DNA of 64,000 nucleotides from Scyliorhinus canicula (Eukaryota). The position numbers and the translations under genes are program-made. Below, one piece after another: positions 61,301 through 64,000 of the stretch. The notes beneath the pieces are model-generated. The model did no database searches. It saw nothing but the letters and a program-made list of their open reading frames with translations, and had not been told where the DNA came from. The stretch is from contig NC_052146.1 in the NCBI RefSeq assembly GCF_902713615.1, positions 309,830,335 to 309,894,334 of the forward strand, read 5' to 3'. Numbering within the stretch: the stretch's first letter is position 1; each line of letters opens with the position of its first letter.

Positions 61301-61555
61301 AAATCACCCCTCAACAAATCACCCCTCAGCAAATCACCCCTCAACAAATCACCCCTCAACAAATCACCCCTCAACAAATCACCCCTCAACAAATCGCCTC
61401 TCAACAAATCACCCCTCAACAAATCACCCCTCAACAAATCACCCCTCAACAAATCACCCCTCAACAAATCACCCCTCAACAAATCACCCCTCAACAAATC
61501 ACCCCTGAGAAATATCACACCTCAAAAATATCACACCTCAAAAAATCACCCCTCA
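61301..61555. repeat. 15-bp minisatellite (aaatcacccctcaac) x ~13 plus degenerate units
   Basis: Direct inspection. Source of the LLRGD/ITPQQ/KSPLN repeat ORFs. Confidence 0.97.
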
Positions 61556-61675
61556 AGTTTCAGGTTGGAAACCCACACAAACTCTGTCCCCAACTTTAAC
61601 CTGGTCACATAGAAGGTGCTAGAAACTTTTCAAAAAATGTCTGAGAATATAAATAAGCAGTGATTCTGCAAGTCA

Positions 61676-62012
61676 GTGTGTGTGTGAGAGAGAGAGAAAG
61701 AGATGGCGACAGAGTGAAGGAGAGAGGGTGGTGGCACGCGTGAGGGAGAGGGCAGCAATGTGAGAGTAGATGTTTGTGTGTGAGAGGGTGAGTGTCTGTG
61801 TGTATGAGGGTGTGTGTGTGTGAGAGGCTGTGTGAGAAGATGTGTCTGAGGGTGTGTGTGGGTGCGTGTGTGAGAGGGAGTGTGAGACAGTGTGTGTGAG
61901 GATGTGAGTGTGTGTGTGAGAGGGTGTGAGAGTGTGAAAGTGTATCTGTGAGTGTGTGAGAGAGGGTGTGAGAGTTTGTGTGAGTGTGAGTGTGCCAATA
62001 TATGAGTGTGTG
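61676..62012. repeat. Low-complexity (TG/GA)-rich tract
   Basis: gtgtgtgagagggtgtg degenerate repeats. Confidence 0.9.
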
Positions 62013-62366
62013 TGATGGAGTGGGAAGTTGTGAAACTTCCCCCCCCCCAGGTTTAAACTAACCTTCTGAGTTACTGTTAATTCCAGTTTTCTGCAGTTTA
62101 TTAGTAAATTGGTTCACAGAACCCAATAGATTTGAAAAATATGCCATCACCAACTAATTGAAAACACGTTGTGCAGACAGACAGGTGGAGCGGAGAAATC
62201 AGAGCAGGTTGTCTATCACTCTCCTGTCTGTAACAGGATTGATTTGTAAACTACAGTAACATTCAAACTCCTCCTCTTTCATTGATGTGGTTCCTATTTT
62301 GGGAAATGGCAGCAAATCTAAAATGCAGCAAAGAACAACAGCTAAGCCCCATTTCCATTTCCTTAC

Positions 62367-62419
62367 CAAAGGAGCAGGAGGGGATTCTTGAACCTCTTGA
62401 TTGCTGCTCCGTGTTTTAT
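62367..62419 (-). CDS. Short first cytoplasmic exon of gene B (53 nt, phase 1-0): (D)KTRSSNQEVQESPPAPL
   Basis: Strong acceptor gtgttttcttttag|AT and donor TTG|gtaagg. Phases bridge a phase-1 TM exon end to the phase-0 terminal exon at 60690. Confidence 0.65.
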
Positions 62420-62579
62420 CTAAAAGAAAACACAAAGATGTTTCTTCAGAATAGATCCATGTAAAGGCCGAGCTCAGGAAACTGGGAATGATAACAAATG
62501 ACAATTCCGGAGTGACTTGGGCAGTTTTCCCGGGAGACATGAGGCCTCCTCTCCGTTATAAAGCTCATCAGAGAAATCA

Positions 62580-64000
62580 GAAACTCACAGAACAGGAGGA
62601 GGCCATTCAGCCCATTGAATCTGTGCTGATTCTTTAAAGGGCCATTGTGCCTAATCCCACATTCCTGCTTTTTATCCGGAATCCTGTAAATTCCTGAGAC
62701 ATACACAGAAACGTGGAAAATAGAATCAGGAGGAAAATCAGGCCCTTCGAGCCTGCTCCCCCATTCATTATGAACATGGCTGATCATCAAGTTCAATGCC
62801 CTGATCCCGCCTTCCCCCCATATCCCCCGATCCCTTTAGCCCCAAGAGCAAAATCTAATTCCTTCTTGAAATTACACAACATTTTGCCCTCAACGACTTT
62901 CTGTGGGAGTGAATTCCACAGATTCACCTCTCTCTGGGTGAAGAAATTTCTCCTCACCTCAGTTCTCAAAGGTTTACCCCTTATCCTCAAACTATGACCC
63001 CTAGTTCTGGACTCCCCCACCATCGGGAACATTCTTTCTGAATCTACCCTGTCTAATCCTGTTAGAATTTTAGAAGTTTCTATGAGATCCCCTCTCACTC
63101 TTCTAAACTCCAGTGAATATCATCCTAACCCACTTAGTCTCTCCTCATAGGACAGTCCCACCATCCCAGGATTCAGCCAGGTAAACCTTCGCTGCTCTCC
63201 CTCCATAGCAAGTACCTGCCCAACTCTCTTTGAAGATGATTTCTGGAATCAGCTTCCACCACATTTTCCGGGCGAGCGTTTCAGATCCCGACAATTCTCT
63301 GAGTGAAAAACATTTCTCCCCGTCTCCCCATTCGATCTTTACCCAATGATTTTCAATCTCTGATCTCTAGTTGTTAACCCACTCGCCAGAGCAAATAGTT
63401 TTTCTCTCTTAATTCAATCAAAACTCTCATCTCAAACTAATCGGTCAACTCTTAACCATCTCCAATCCCAGGAATCCCTCTGAGAAATGACAATGTGATC
63501 ACTCTACAAGGATATTCCAGATGCTGGTGAAATATCGGAGGCCGCTTCGTGGACTTTCTATGTCTGAAAGTTTATCATTTTGGGGTCACTCACTGTAACA
63601 GCACAGGAACAGGCCCTTCGGCCCTCCAAGCCTGCACCGATCCAGATCCTCTATCTAAAACTGTCACCAATTTCTAAGGATCTGTATCCCTTTGCTCCCT
63701 GCCCAGTCATGTGTCTGTCGAGATACATCTTAAATGTCGCTCTCGTGCCCTCCTCTACCACCTCCGCCGGCAATGCGTTCCAGGCACCCACCACCCTCTG
63801 CGTAAAGAACTTTCCACGCATATCTCCCTTAATCTTTTCCCCTCTCACCTTGAACTCATGACCCCTAGTAATTGAGTCCCCCACTCTGGGAAAAAGCTTC
63901 TTGCTATCCACCCTGTCTATACCTCTCATGATTTTGTAGACCTCAATGAGGTCCCACCTCAACATCCGTCTTTCTGATGAAAATAATCCTAATCTACTCA
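62580..64000 (-). mobile_element. CR1-type LINE 3' fragments (62580-63230, ~63260-63450, 63590-64000)
   Basis: RGDLIE..KI..G.DRVD, RGH and FFTQR motifs with LINE tails. Confidence 0.85.

Noticed and set aside
61087-61998. LLRGD/ITPQQ/KSPLN and His/Thr-rich ORFs
   Set aside because: Translations of the 15-bp minisatellite and the TG-rich low-complexity tract.
62199-62310. In-frame EEEFECYCSL (YxxL) downstream of Cyt1
   Set aside because: The available acceptors are phase 1 whereas Cyt1 ends in phase 0. Reachable only by intron read-through, so unsupported.

Overview
Repeat-rich vertebrate genomic DNA, almost certainly from a cartilaginous fish. The tRNA-derived V-SINE/HE1-type SINEs, CR1/HER1-type LINEs and Penelope-type inverted termini resemble catshark (Scyliorhinus-like) repeats. 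Most of the window is nested transposable elements: CR1 and L2 LINEs, SINEs, a Gmr1-like Ty3/Gypsy element, a second Gypsy remnant, PIF/Harbinger elements and MITEs, two unrelated ERV remnants and Penelope-like termini with a hammerhead motif. Most ORF-track entries are fragments or shadows of these. Scattered among them, all on the minus strand and mostly missed by the ORF track, are short spliced exons of an immunoglobulin-superfamily receptor cluster. These are a signal-peptide exon (37234-37285), an intact V exon with a germline-fused J-like G strand and no RSS (8043-8387), a second V exon destroyed by a Harbinger insertion (2769-2971) and an uncharged transmembrane exon (38-154). Two cytoplasmic exons of an upstream gene (62367-62419, 60574-60690) end in a twin-tyrosine ITIM/ITSM-like tail (CKYAEL...AEYAVV). 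The splice phases chain into L-VJ-TM-Cyt1-Cyt2, suggesting a tandem family of non-rearranging, antigen-receptor-like, single-V inhibitory receptors. Joining these exons into transcripts and treating the two genes as paralogues are inferences. No database search was run, so novelty and family identity are unverified. TE boundaries are approximate unless termini are quoted.
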